In this document: piece by piece, positions 49,743-59,562 of the stretch
Layout: each line of letters starts with the position of its first letter
Numbering within the stretch: position 1 is the stretch's first letter
NCBI GenBank assembly: GCA_037447435.1
Contig: JBBIGR010000015.1
Location: 1-64,000, forward strand
Direction: 5' to 3'
DNA: 64,000 nucleotides
Origin: Fibrobacteria bacterium
GTDB taxonomy: Bacteria; Fibrobacterota; Chitinivibrionia; Chitinivibrionales; FEN-1185
The notes under the pieces: generated by a model
Seen by the model: only the letters and a program-made list of their open reading frames with translations
Told to the model about the DNA's origin: nothing
Databases searched by the model: none
Program-made: the position numbers and the translations under genes

Positions 49743-50825
49743 TCAAGCAAAATATTGTGAATTCTCGAACATATTGCAAATCGTATTGACGCAGGTTTCA
49801 ATTCCCATCGAAAGCGAGGGGCGGGGTTTAGGCCGTAAGGCAATCGTCTGCAGCGCATCGGCCCATTCAAGTGCGTTGAACATTTCCGCGGAAAGCTCAT
49901 AGCCGTATCCCCATCGGGTAACAGCGTGGGCAAGCGTCTCATATTCAGCAAATCCCCGGCGGGGCAAATAGACAATCGGTAACCCGTTGACAAAGCATTC
50001 CGCACAAGTGCCGTATCCCAATTTGCTTATCATGACATCGGCCGAGGCGACAAAGTCTTGATAGGGAAATTGTTTTTCGCCGATACAATGATAGTTTTTT
50101 ACAGTTCGGGGCAGCGGATAAAGTCCGAAAAACTCCCATGCTTCGAATTGTTCGAGTCGTTCCCAGTTCACGGCATTCATGCCAAAATTGCCGGTGTAAA
50201 TCAAACCGATCTTTTGGGACGACGAAATACCATAGGTATCGGAAAGCGTATTTCTGATTTCGTTTCCTATCCTGCCGACGGGTCCTGCCGGAATTACTTT
50301 TTTGAAATACGGCATATCGCAAGCCGGGTACAAAGCGAGCAACGAATCCGCTAAAGCGTATTGGTTTTCCAATTCTTGTAGCTGAGACGAAAAATCCGGC
50401 CGCCGGGAAATGTATTCTTTGTAAATCGTATGCCAGGTGAAATTCGTTATTGCCAACGAAGGAATTTTTGCGTTGAATGCGACTTCAAAGGCAAACGGAA
50501 CAATGTCCGAAGCAATGAGCCCGATTCCGTTTTCGCGGCACCATTTTGATTCATGCTCGAGCTTATTGGCATTCTCCATCGCAATAGCACGGTATTTGGA
50601 CAATGTCGCGTCGATATCGACGGTTACGCCGTCGGTTTGAACGCATCCGCAATCGAATTCCCCCAACTCATAGGAAAACGGTCTGGACATTTCCTGAAGG
50701 AAAAATGAGTGCGGCACCGTTGTTTTAAAAATAATGTCTATGGAAAGAGGTACTTTATTGCACAAAGCAACGGTGCGTGCGGCATGACCGTATCCGTGCG
50801 AAGTTATATAATAGAGCAATTTCAT
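49743..50825 (-). CDS. GT-B fold glycosyltransferase-like protein
   Basis: YYITSHGYGHAART, SDIVP, NFTW, SKLGYGT..EC, RRGFAE. Confidence 0.78.
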   Translation of the reverse strand: MKLLYYITSHGYGHAARTVALCNKVPLSIDIIFKTTVPHSFFLQEMSRPFSYELGEFDCGCVQTDGVTVDIDATLSKYRAIAMENANKLEHESKWCRENGIGLIASDIVPFAFEVAFNAKIPSLAITNFTWHTIYKEYISRRPDFSSQLQELENQYALADSLLALYPACDMPYFKKVIPAGPVGRIGNEIRNTLSDTYGISSSQKIGLIYTGNFGMNAVNWERLEQFEAWEFFGLYPLPRTVKNYHCIGEKQFPYQDFVASADVMISKLGYGTCAECFVNGLPIVYLPRRGFAEYETLAHAVTRWGYGYELSAEMFNALEWADALQTIALRPKPRPSLSMGIETCVNTICNMFENSQYFA

Positions 50826-50903
50826 GGATGGCTATCCCGAAAAAAAAGCGGCTGTTACGCCGCATTTTCAAAGACTGTTTATCAAAATCCGAAATCGCTG
50901 GAA

Positions 50904-53087
50904 TTACCTGTTTTGGAAATGGCTGGCAAGATCGGTAAGCTGACGTTTGGATGGGGAAATTTTCGGCCCTTGGTGGCCGAGCCCTTTCATTGAAAGGGAA
51001 ATCCTTCTTTTTTTCGCATCGACCTTGAGAATCCTGACATTGACAACATCGCCGACGGAAACCACCTGCTCCGCGGACTCGACATAGGTATCCGCCAATT
51101 GCGAAATATGGATCAATCCGTCGCACACCGCATTGATATTGACAAATACGCCAAACGGAGTGATATTGGTAACCCTGCCGGTTACCACGGCATTTTCCTC
51201 GAGTTCAATGAGTTTTAGTTTTTTCTTGGGCTTGAAAAATCCGGTTGTTCCGCCGAATCGCTGCCCGGCGGCCAATTGCCCAATCAGTTTTTTCTCAAGA
51301 AACAGTTTCCGAATGACATCGGACTCGGGAAACGACCGCACCGCCTCCGGATCCAAAACCAAAGAATCCTGCGCTATTTGAAGACCGTCGCAAATACTTT
51401 TGAGCCACGGAAAATGGTCTGGATGAACCATAGTCCGGTCCAGCGCATTTTCGGCTGTAGGAATCATGAAATATCCGGCCAAACTTTTATACGCGCCGTC
51501 GGAAATTCCGTTAACTTTTGAAAGATCCTCTTTTTGGGAAAGACCGTTCTTGGCACAATGCGCAATAATTTCCTTTTTCAAATCAGCGGAAATAAACGGC
51601 TCCATATTTACCGAGTTCAGCGAATCGGCACAATCTGCCGAAGAAATGCCGCTCGCAAGATGCTTATCGCAAATAATTCGATCGACAAGCTGTGAAACTT
51701 TTTCCTTCGAAATACAATGCTGCAAGGGGTGAAAGGAAAAATATTCCACGCCGATTTTCGAAATAAGATGCGCCGGTTGAATATGGGATATTGCGGCACC
51801 AAAAACATTTTGCATCGGCTCTTCCAGATCGGAATATTCCTTTTTCATCCATTCGGACGATGCAATTTCCGGAAAATCGACAGGCTTATCGACAAATGTT
51901 ATTTGAGACGTATTTTGAATCGAATCAAGAGTTTTCTTGACAATGGCTTCTGCCGCATTTGCATCTTCATTGTTCACGATAAGAATTGCCGACGGTTTAT
52001 AACGCATGACGAACTGTTTCAAACGTTCGCTCGCCACCGGTTTATCGAGCACGATCTTCTTTTCGGAAGCTGCACCGCTGAGACGGCCGCGATCGGTGCA
52101 AACGACCAACGCAAATTGTTTTTTATCTATGATGCCGCATGAACAATAGGATTTTTCCTCTGCCTCAACGGACATTTGCTTCCCAAAGGCCTGCATGACG
52201 GGACGAAGCATGGCCTCCTCGGCCTCGTTGCGCAGTCGGATTTTCACATCGCGTTCGGCAATGGGTTGCAATAAGCGCAACCAAGCATCGTCTATTGCTT
52301 CGGCAATGAGCTGAAAAGCGGAAGAATCCGGATTAACGACAAAATGATGTTTGAGAAGTTCGGTGATGCGAAACAATTGTACCGAAAGTTTTAATCGGAT
52401 TTCTTTTTTATCTTCCGCGGCAAGAAGCGTAAGCAATTCTTCCTGCGATAATTCGCGTATGACAATAAGCTTGCCGACATATTTCGAAAATTCACCCGAT
52501 TTGTTTTTGGGGGTCACTTCGAAAAAACCGTCGTCGTACATGAATTCGCGCACCATGGTACGCGCGGTTTCATCATAGGCAAACCGTTCGGCGATAATAT
52601 CTTTAACGCCGGCAATGACGTCGTCGGCGCTTTTAAGCGAGGGATCGGTGCAATATGCGGCGGCGCATTCTTCCAAGGGGGGCAGATTTTCTTCTTGTGC
52701 AAGGATTTTGTCGGCAAAAACACCCAAACCTTTTTTCAACGCCAGCTGCCCTTTACTTCTCGGATTTACGCGTTCGGGCAAAAGCATATCGTCGAGTTCG
52801 AATTCATTGGTCAGATGCGTGATGCGGGCTTCGAGCTCAGGGGTAAACTTTTCGCTTTTCTTTAGCGCGTTAATGAGTCGTTTTTTCTTTGAAGCAAGGT
52901 TGGAGGCAATGAACAGAAAATCGTAAATGCGCCATACGCCCCAAACGTCAAGTTCAGAACATATAATAGTATTATAGTCTGCACAATAATTCGGCATCAA
53001 CCCCTTTTCGAAGCAATCGCACAATTCACGCGCGCATGCTTCGGAAACGGAAAACGTATCGGCGATGTATTTGGAAAATTCTTTCAT
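50904..53087 (-). CDS. divergent Tex-like protein with C-terminal S1 domain
   Basis: Tex N-terminal pattern (ELDD..LP, A..KGL, GVKDIIAE), LDRTMVHPD, GRVTNITPFGVFV..DGLIHISQL..RISLSMK. Confidence 0.85.
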   Translation of the reverse strand: MKEFSKYIADTFSVSEACARELCDCFEKGLMPNYCADYNTIICSELDVWGVWRIYDFLFIASNLASKKKRLINALKKSEKFTPELEARITHLTNEFELDDMLLPERVNPRSKGQLALKKGLGVFADKILAQEENLPPLEECAAAYCTDPSLKSADDVIAGVKDIIAERFAYDETARTMVREFMYDDGFFEVTPKNKSGEFSKYVGKLIVIRELSQEELLTLLAAEDKKEIRLKLSVQLFRITELLKHHFVVNPDSSAFQLIAEAIDDAWLRLLQPIAERDVKIRLRNEAEEAMLRPVMQAFGKQMSVEAEEKSYCSCGIIDKKQFALVVCTDRGRLSGAASEKKIVLDKPVASERLKQFVMRYKPSAILIVNNEDANAAEAIVKKTLDSIQNTSQITFVDKPVDFPEIASSEWMKKEYSDLEEPMQNVFGAAISHIQPAHLISKIGVEYFSFHPLQHCISKEKVSQLVDRIICDKHLASGISSADCADSLNSVNMEPFISADLKKEIIAHCAKNGLSQKEDLSKVNGISDGAYKSLAGYFMIPTAENALDRTMVHPDHFPWLKSICDGLQIAQDSLVLDPEAVRSFPESDVIRKLFLEKKLIGQLAAGQRFGGTTGFFKPKKKLKLIELEENAVVTGRVTNITPFGVFVNINAVCDGLIHISQLADTYVESAEQVVSVGDVVNVRILKVDAKKRRISLSMKGLGHQGPKISPSKRQLTDLASHFQNR

Positions 53088-53225
53088 GACCCTTACAGTG
53101 CGGGGTACTAGACCCGGCAGCCAACGCCTTGCGCAAAGGCAATTTTATTACACAGGATGTTTATAGTGGTCTGTGTCACGCGGAATTAAAACTACACAAT
53201 GCCATCGATCTGCGCAATAATAAAC

Positions 53226-53257
53226 AAAAAGCGGACAGAAATTAACCTGTCCGCTTT
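53226..53257 (-). terminator. intrinsic terminator of the small basic peptide gene
   Basis: AAAGCGGACAG-N8-CTGTCCGCTTT with T-run on the minus strand. Confidence 0.85.
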
Positions 53258-53288
53258 GCCGACATACGAGACCGAAAAAAAAAGAAAT

Positions 53289-53369
53289 TTATTTTTTCTT
53301 TTTCTTTGCGACTTTTTTCACTGCTTTTTTTGCAACCGCTTTCTTAGCAACTTTTTTCTTGGCTGGCAC
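53289..53369 (-). CDS. 26-aa Lys/Ala/Val-rich peptide MPAKKKVAKKAVAKKAVKKVAKKKKK (histone H1-like)
   Basis: GTG start 7 nt after AAAGGAGG; TAA at 53289; flanked by promoter and terminator; below ORF-track size cutoff. Confidence 0.82.
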   Translation of the reverse strand: MPAKKKVAKKAVAKKAVKKVAKKKKK

Positions 53370-53516
53370 GTCAGCACCTCCTTTAAAATGATGGAATGTT
53401 AAACTTCAGCTGCTACGTTCGCAGCTGTCTATGATAAACATTTTGATTCGATTTGCGTTTTAGCTTTTGATTTACTTTTGAGATTATCGCCGATTCACAA
53501 TCATTATCTACATATA

Positions 53517-53545
53517 ATAATAACCTCAAAAAGAATCAATGTCAA
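53517..53545 (-). promoter_or_regulatory. near-consensus sigma70 promoter
   Basis: TTGACA (53545-53540)-17 nt-TATTAT (53522-53517). Confidence 0.78.
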
Positions 53546-53587
53546 CAACAAAGTTAAATATTTATCGTTTTTTTTAACAGCACGCGA

Positions 53588-54265
53588 TTACGCGAAATTA
53601 ACTTTTGTGTTACGTTTTTTCATGACTTCGTTTATCACGTCTATTGCTTCCTGAGGATCGTCGGTAGTATTGATGATATCGAAGTCTTCTTTCGAAATAT
53701 ATCGTTCACCGTACATACTGTCGTGCAGCCACGTATCGAGACCTTTCCAATATTCCTTACCCATCATGACAAGGGGCAAATACGTGCTTTTTTGCGTTTG
53801 TATAAGGGTAAGGGCTTCGAACAATTCGTCCATTGTTCCGAACCCGCCGGGCAACACGATCACCGCGGAAGTGTATTTGAGGAACATTACCTTTCTACAA
53901 AAGAAATGCTTAAAACTCAACAGCAATTTTATATATTTGTTCGGCGCTTGCTCAAACGGCAATTGAATATTCAGCCCGACCGACATGCCGTTGGCTTCTT
54001 GTGCGCCGCGGTTCGCAGCCTCCATGATGCCGCCGCCGCCGCCGGTAATTACGCCGTACCCGTTTTCGACGGCACGCTTGGCGACTTCGCGCGCCATTTT
54101 GTAATACTTGTCGTTTTCAGGTGTGCGGGCAGAACCGAAAATCGTAACGCAAGGCCCGATTTTCGAAAGCGTTTCAAAGCCATCAACGAATTCCGCCATG
54201 ATCCTGAAGATCCTCCAGGTATCATCATGTGTCAACTCTCCGTTTTTTCCGTTCGTACCGTTCAT
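53588..54265 (-). CDS. LOG family (TIGR00730) Rossmann-fold protein
   Basis: IFGSAR, TGGGGGIMEAAN, LPFEQ, RKVMF, PGGFGTMDE. Confidence 0.93.
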   Translation of the reverse strand: MNGTNGKNGELTHDDTWRIFRIMAEFVDGFETLSKIGPCVTIFGSARTPENDKYYKMAREVAKRAVENGYGVITGGGGGIMEAANRGAQEANGMSVGLNIQLPFEQAPNKYIKLLLSFKHFFCRKVMFLKYTSAVIVLPGGFGTMDELFEALTLIQTQKSTYLPLVMMGKEYWKGLDTWLHDSMYGERYISKEDFDIINTTDDPQEAIDVINEVMKKRNTKVNFA

Positions 54266-54441
54266 AGGTGTTTTCCTCGCTTCCTGTGCTGAGATTCCCT
54301 ATCAGAGCTTATATTTATCGATTATATTGTAATATATTAATTTTGTCCATCGAAACATCGCAACCGGACGGTTTAAACCGCGATTTTCGCTTTTCGTATA
54401 GATACTTTTTCCCAGGACACTACCAAAAAGGCTTTTACGGA

Positions 54442-54960
54442 ATGGAAACAGATCACATAGAAAAACGGATCAAACAGATACTGGGATCGTGCCCTCCCCA
54501 GTTTATTGCCGTAAACGTGGCGCGACAATCGCTCACCCACGTGCAAGGGCCCAACCGTTTCAAACAGTATCGCATCTCGACATCCCGGTTCGGCATCGGC
54601 AACCGTGAAAATTCCCTGATGACGCCGAGGGGGCTTCATCGCATAGCGGAAAAATACGGCCACGATGCCCCTAAAGGCAGGGTATTCCGCGACCGCCTTG
54701 ACACAGGCGAAGACTGGCCTATCGGCGAACCGGGGGAAAACCTCATTCTTACGCGCATTCTTCGGCTCGAAGGTCTCGAGGAAGGCACCAATCGCGGGCA
54801 GGGCATCGATTCGTTCGAGCGGTATATCTACATCCACGGCACCAATAACGAAAGATCAATCGGTTTGCCCGCTTCTCACGGATGCGTGTGCATGAAAAAC
54901 GACGATATTATTGAATTGTTCGACTCGGTTTTGGAGGGTACCATTGTATTTATCGATTAA
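54442..54960 (+). CDS. L,D-transpeptidase (YkuD) family protein
   Basis: ISTS..G.G, TPRG.H, IYIHGT, SHGCVCM.NDDI. Confidence 0.9.
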   Translation: METDHIEKRIKQILGSCPPQFIAVNVARQSLTHVQGPNRFKQYRISTSRFGIGNRENSLMTPRGLHRIAEKYGHDAPKGRVFRDRLDTGEDWPIGEPGENLILTRILRLEGLEEGTNRGQGIDSFERYIYIHGTNNERSIGLPASHGCVCMKNDDIIELFDSVLEGTIVFID

Positions 54961-56323
54961 AGAAAAACAATGCGGTTCGTTGTACTTCGTCGGCATCCTC
55001 GGCTCGGGCATGAGTGCGATTGCGCAGTACTGCGCATGGGCGAAAATCCGGGTTTGCGGATCGGACCGGTTGCAGGGTTCATCGGATGTCAATGAACTCG
55101 GCGATAAACTCGCCGCCCTCGGCTGCACGTTGTTTCCCCAAGACGGAAGCGGCATCACGACCGCCGTCGATGCGGTCGTGGTATCAACGGCCATCGAAGA
55201 CACAAATCCCGATATCGCTGCCGCGAAAAAGCTGGGCATTCCGGTGTATCATCGTTCCGACGTCCTTGCCGCAATCGTCGAAACCAAACGCTGCATCGCA
55301 GTCGCAGGCACCAGCGGGAAATCCACTGTCACGGCAATGATATGGGAATTTTTATTTGCATGCGGCAAAAACCCTTCCCTCATTTCAGGCGCGCCCCTTC
55401 TGTGCCTGGAAGAAAAAGGCCTGGTCGGCAATGCCTACTGGGGCGAATCGGACCTTCTTGTCATCGAGGCGGACGAAAGCGACGGCACGCTTGTCAAATA
55501 CCATCCCGCAACGAGCGTTATTCTCAATATTTCAAAAGACCATAAACCGGTTCCGGAAACATTGCAGTTGTTCAAAACCCTGGCATCGCAGTCGCAAACC
55601 GTTGTCGTCAATGCCGACGACAAACAACTGACCGTCATCCCAAGCGTACAATCGTTCGGCATTGCGAAAAACGCTGCGGTGTTTCCCAGCGCGGTACATT
55701 TTCTGAGCCCCTATGTTTCATTCAGCCGAAACGGGCGGGTATTCGATTTGCCGCTCCCGGGAAAACATAATCTGTCGAATTGCCTGGCCGCAATTGCTAT
55801 TTGCGAATTGGAAGATTGCCGGTCCGACGCTCTTGCCGACGCGGTGCGGGCGTTCAAAGGAGTGTATCGCAGGTTTTCGGTAACCGAACTTCCAAACGGC
55901 ATTACCGTCATAGACGATTACGCGCATAATCCGGAAAAAATCCGTGCCGCAATCGAAGCCGCCCAGGGATTTTCCAAACGACTCATTGCGGTTTTCCAAC
56001 CGCACGGATTTGGCCCCACTCGTTTTCTCAAAGACGATCTTGTCGCCGTGTTTTCCGAAACATTACGGAAGGACGACATCTTGTTCTTACTGCCGATTTA
56101 CTATGCGGGAGGAACCGCGCAAAAGGACATTTCGTCCGACGACATCGTTTCGCTTGTCAAAGCAAACGGCAAAGCCGCGTTTGTCGCGTCCGACCGACCC
56201 GATTTGATGCACCGGATCAAGTCACTGATACTTCCGCAAAATACCGTCTTGGTCATGGGCGCACGCGACCCGTCGCTTGGATCATTGGCAAAGGAATTGT
56301 GCCAAACGCTTTCCGCATCATGA
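54944..56323 (+). CDS. MurC/Mpl-like UDP-N-acetylmuramate ligase
   Basis: GILGSGMS, VAGTSGKST, EADESDG, PGKHN, DDYAHNP, FQPHG; TTG start after GGAGG. Confidence 0.88.
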   Translation: MYLSIKEKQCGSLYFVGILGSGMSAIAQYCAWAKIRVCGSDRLQGSSDVNELGDKLAALGCTLFPQDGSGITTAVDAVVVSTAIEDTNPDIAAAKKLGIPVYHRSDVLAAIVETKRCIAVAGTSGKSTVTAMIWEFLFACGKNPSLISGAPLLCLEEKGLVGNAYWGESDLLVIEADESDGTLVKYHPATSVILNISKDHKPVPETLQLFKTLASQSQTVVVNADDKQLTVIPSVQSFGIAKNAAVFPSAVHFLSPYVSFSRNGRVFDLPLPGKHNLSNCLAAIAICELEDCRSDALADAVRAFKGVYRRFSVTELPNGITVIDDYAHNPEKIRAAIEAAQGFSKRLIAVFQPHGFGPTRFLKDDLVAVFSETLRKDDILFLLPIYYAGGTAQKDISSDDIVSLVKANGKAAFVASDRPDLMHRIKSLILPQNTVLVMGARDPSLGSLAKELCQTLSAS

Positions 56324-56361
56324 CAAAGAGCCTCGACTCAAATTGAGTCGAGGCTCTTTGT
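56323..56361. terminator. perfect hairpin, bidirectional terminator
   Basis: ACAAAGAGCCTCGACTCA-AAT-TGAGTCGAGGCTCTTTGT. Confidence 0.85.
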
Positions 56362-56391
56362 TTCACTGCTAAAAATGCACCGGCTGCTTTT

Positions 56392-59300
56392 TTACCGGAC
56401 CATTACCTTTTGAACAATGGATTGCGCAGTTGCTGCGTTACGTACCTTTACAAAATACATTCCTGCAACCATGCTTTTAGCACCCACGGTTACCTTGCTT
56501 GCGCCTTGCACTTCTTTCGCCGCGACCATTTTCCCCAACATATCGAAGACACTGATGGAAAAATTAGTTTTGCCCGGCATTTTAACCACGATACCTTGCG
56601 AAGGAACATAAGAGAAAGACATATTCTTTATTTGGCCGAGGTTGCTCATGGTCATAGATTCTATACCGGTCAATCCGATTAGCGGTCCGTTATCATTGAC
56701 GGTCACACCGGTAACTTCAAGGTCTACACCCGCATTACCGGCGTCCTTTGAATCGAATTGGAGAGAGATGTTTTGCGTTTCGCCGGGAAAAAGCGTTATA
56801 TAATTGGTACTGAAATACGTCGGCAATACTCGGGGATCAACATAGCTCGCACCTGACCCTGTTTCGACGACACCGTGTTTGAGAAGGGTCAAATGAATCA
56901 TATGACCGACTTTATTCGTTGACGTATTCGAAACTACCGCGGTAATCGTATTCGTAGTTCCCGATTTCGTCGCATTGATTCCGGTAACCGTCAAATCCTG
57001 ACCAACGGTCAGTTTAGCCAAGTCTTTCAAGGTTTTCAATTGAGACCAATCGTTTCCTTTGCCCCGGGCATACACATTCTTGGAAATAACTTTTCCGGTG
57101 CCGTCCTTGAAAATGCAATTCATGAAATAGCCGCTTGTCGATGAAATGGAATTGTTAATCTGGACGTTGGAATATGTTTTTGCAAGCGGCGCAAACGAGC
57201 TGACCGTACTTGTTTGGGTCGCGGCTTTCACAATTCCGGTCGTGCTCATATTCCAGATTTCGCAACTTGCGGTTCCATTGACCGCCGTCAACGTATTATT
57301 GATCACATCGAGGTAGTGATTATTATCGGTAGTGTTGAAGGTTGCCTGAATATGAATGGGTTCGCAGGCATTTTGCAATCCGTAATACGCACCATTGCAA
57401 TCAAGATAGGAGTCGTATGACTGCCAGACATTGCTCGGCCAAGAACTGTTCGACATCCATATCAATATTCCGCCGGTCCTTACGTTCGGTGAAACAGCTC
57501 CGATTAAAGAGTTCCACGCTTCAAACATAGCGCGATAGCCGTCGTAATTCATGCATTGCGCATACTTGCAGAATTCTTTTGAATTGCCAAGATTATCTCC
57601 CGGATATACCGGTGCGTAATTGGCGGCCATAAAGGCGCAGAAAGCATCGCCCTGCATTGCGCTGGCACCGCAGAAATCATGCCAACCCCAGAAATTGCTC
57701 GAAACGTTGTTCGAACCGTCGAAAACCGGCCATAAATTTGCCTGGGACAATGTTTTCCGTGCTGTTCTGTCAAGCCATACGGACGTCTGCCCGACTTCCG
57801 TCGTAAATCCTTTTTGCTGCGGTTCGCCGAAAATACTGTTCGGATTGCGCCAGCCGTACGGGCCGTTGCCGTGAAGCCCCTGAGTCGCATTTGTCGAATA
57901 AGTCACAAACGGCATTCCGTGATGCAATGTGTCGATCATATTTTGAAGCCCGTTATCGATTGCGGATCCCCGGTCGCCTTCATTAGCTGCGCAATAGATC
58001 GCTTCGCACGGTTCGTTGCGATACCGCTTGATTCGCTCCATGGCATGATTAAGAAAGAGATTAACGTCGTTTGGCAACGGGCCGTCAACCGGGTTCGGAC
58101 ACCAGAATTCGTCGTACATCATAATACCGTATTCACTTGCCAAATCGTAAAAAAGTTCGCGATCGGTTTGGCCCACCCAATTACGAATCATGGTCACATT
58201 GGAGTTCTTGGACAATTTCATTTGTGCCGTCAGATGAGCGGGGTCCCAACGTTTCATCGCCTCGTCCATTCCCCAGTTTCCACCTTTACACATAACATAT
58301 TTATCGTTGCAATAAATATTCAAAAACGATCCGACGAGATTCGACGTGATTTTACGACAACCGAATTTCACCGATACGGAGTCCGAAAGTGTCGTGCCTT
58401 CGGTGAAGCTGAATTGACAGGTATACCGGTTCTGAGGACCGTATCCGTTCGGCCACCACAGGGCGGGATTTGCAATGGTCACGGGATTGAGCTTGACAAT
58501 CTGCTTCTGATTCGCGGCAAGCGTCACCGCCGCTGAAACAGTCTGGCCGTTGTTGAGCGTTGCGGTAAACGTTCCCGAAACAGAGGCTGCCGTGGCATTT
58601 TCAAGCTGAGCCGAAATTGCGACGCTTGCCGATGAATAATCGGACGACAATGTCGGATTGATATAAGGTTCGCGAATTGATATCGAACCTTTTGGTTCAA
58701 GTATGACCTGATCATAAATGCCGATATCGCGGTCGGGAACCGTCGGAATCCAGTCCCAGCCTTCGGAACATATAAACGTAGGTCCATCGCCCGAAAGCGA
58801 TCCGCCGTTGTTTTTATGGTCACGTGCCGTGGGTTGATGCCATGCGCGCAGATTTGCACTGGAGTTGGGATAAATGAACACTGCTAAGGCATTTTGACCG
58901 GTAAAAGAAGCAACCGACGTGATGTTAAACCTGAACGGCTTAAAGGCCCCGACCGACGTTGCATTGCCTTCCTGATCGTTGATATGGGTACCGTTGACCC
59001 ATATTTGCGCCTTATAATTGATACCTTTGAAACGCAGCCATATCTGTCGCCCATTGAAACTGGGATCAATTGTAAATGTGGTCCGATACCAGAATCCGTA
59101 ATTATTGCTTGCCGCATGCATGGCAATATCTTTGTTCTGTTCAAACAATTGGGTTGCAATATTCCGATCGACATACGGATTGGAAAATTTTCCCGCATCA
59201 ACGTAGGTTGAGAAAACCGTACCAGGCACCGTAGCGGCGCACCACGCAGTGGTCGGCGCGTATGCTGCCGTTGAAATCGTTGCTCCCGCATCTGCAATGC

Positions 59301-59439
59301 CTGGGACTATGGCAGCAGCGCTTGACGCCGCCATTTGCCACGCATTCGTCCCTGTAGTAAGATCGATACGGGCCTGCGCAAAAAGAATTCCCGCACAAAG
59401 CAGTATCATTAATCCGGAACTAAAACTTTTTACTTTCAT
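56392..59439 (-). CDS. secreted GH2 glycoside hydrolase (beta-mannosidase/exo-glucosaminidase-like) with T9SS-type C-terminal domain
   Basis: VPGTV, GINYKA, GWDWIP, LWWPNGYG, KGGNWG, IRNWVG, ANEG, TEVG; C-terminal VFDMLGK..AGMYFVKV. Confidence 0.9.
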   Translation of the reverse strand: MKVKSFSSGLMILLCAGILFAQARIDLTTGTNAWQMAASSAAAIVPGIADAGATISTAAYAPTTAWCAATVPGTVFSTYVDAGKFSNPYVDRNIATQLFEQNKDIAMHAASNNYGFWYRTTFTIDPSFNGRQIWLRFKGINYKAQIWVNGTHINDQEGNATSVGAFKPFRFNITSVASFTGQNALAVFIYPNSSANLRAWHQPTARDHKNNGGSLSGDGPTFICSEGWDWIPTVPDRDIGIYDQVILEPKGSISIREPYINPTLSSDYSSASVAISAQLENATAASVSGTFTATLNNGQTVSAAVTLAANQKQIVKLNPVTIANPALWWPNGYGPQNRYTCQFSFTEGTTLSDSVSVKFGCRKITSNLVGSFLNIYCNDKYVMCKGGNWGMDEAMKRWDPAHLTAQMKLSKNSNVTMIRNWVGQTDRELFYDLASEYGIMMYDEFWCPNPVDGPLPNDVNLFLNHAMERIKRYRNEPCEAIYCAANEGDRGSAIDNGLQNMIDTLHHGMPFVTYSTNATQGLHGNGPYGWRNPNSIFGEPQQKGFTTEVGQTSVWLDRTARKTLSQANLWPVFDGSNNVSSNFWGWHDFCGASAMQGDAFCAFMAANYAPVYPGDNLGNSKEFCKYAQCMNYDGYRAMFEAWNSLIGAVSPNVRTGGILIWMSNSSWPSNVWQSYDSYLDCNGAYYGLQNACEPIHIQATFNTTDNNHYLDVINNTLTAVNGTASCEIWNMSTTGIVKAATQTSTVSSFAPLAKTYSNVQINNSISSTSGYFMNCIFKDGTGKVISKNVYARGKGNDWSQLKTLKDLAKLTVGQDLTVTGINATKSGTTNTITAVVSNTSTNKVGHMIHLTLLKHGVVETGSGASYVDPRVLPTYFSTNYITLFPGETQNISLQFDSKDAGNAGVDLEVTGVTVNDNGPLIGLTGIESMTMSNLGQIKNMSFSYVPSQGIVVKMPGKTNFSISVFDMLGKMVAAKEVQGASKVTVGAKSMVAGMYFVKVRNAATAQSIVQKVMVR

Positions 59440-59562
59440 ACATCACCTCTTACGGTTAATTTTATTAATAAACAGTTTACAAGTTCTATTCGGCATTTTC
59501 CAATGTTCGTTTCGATAAACGTAACGAGCGCTCATAGGAACCGCACCCTGGAAGGGCACGGT

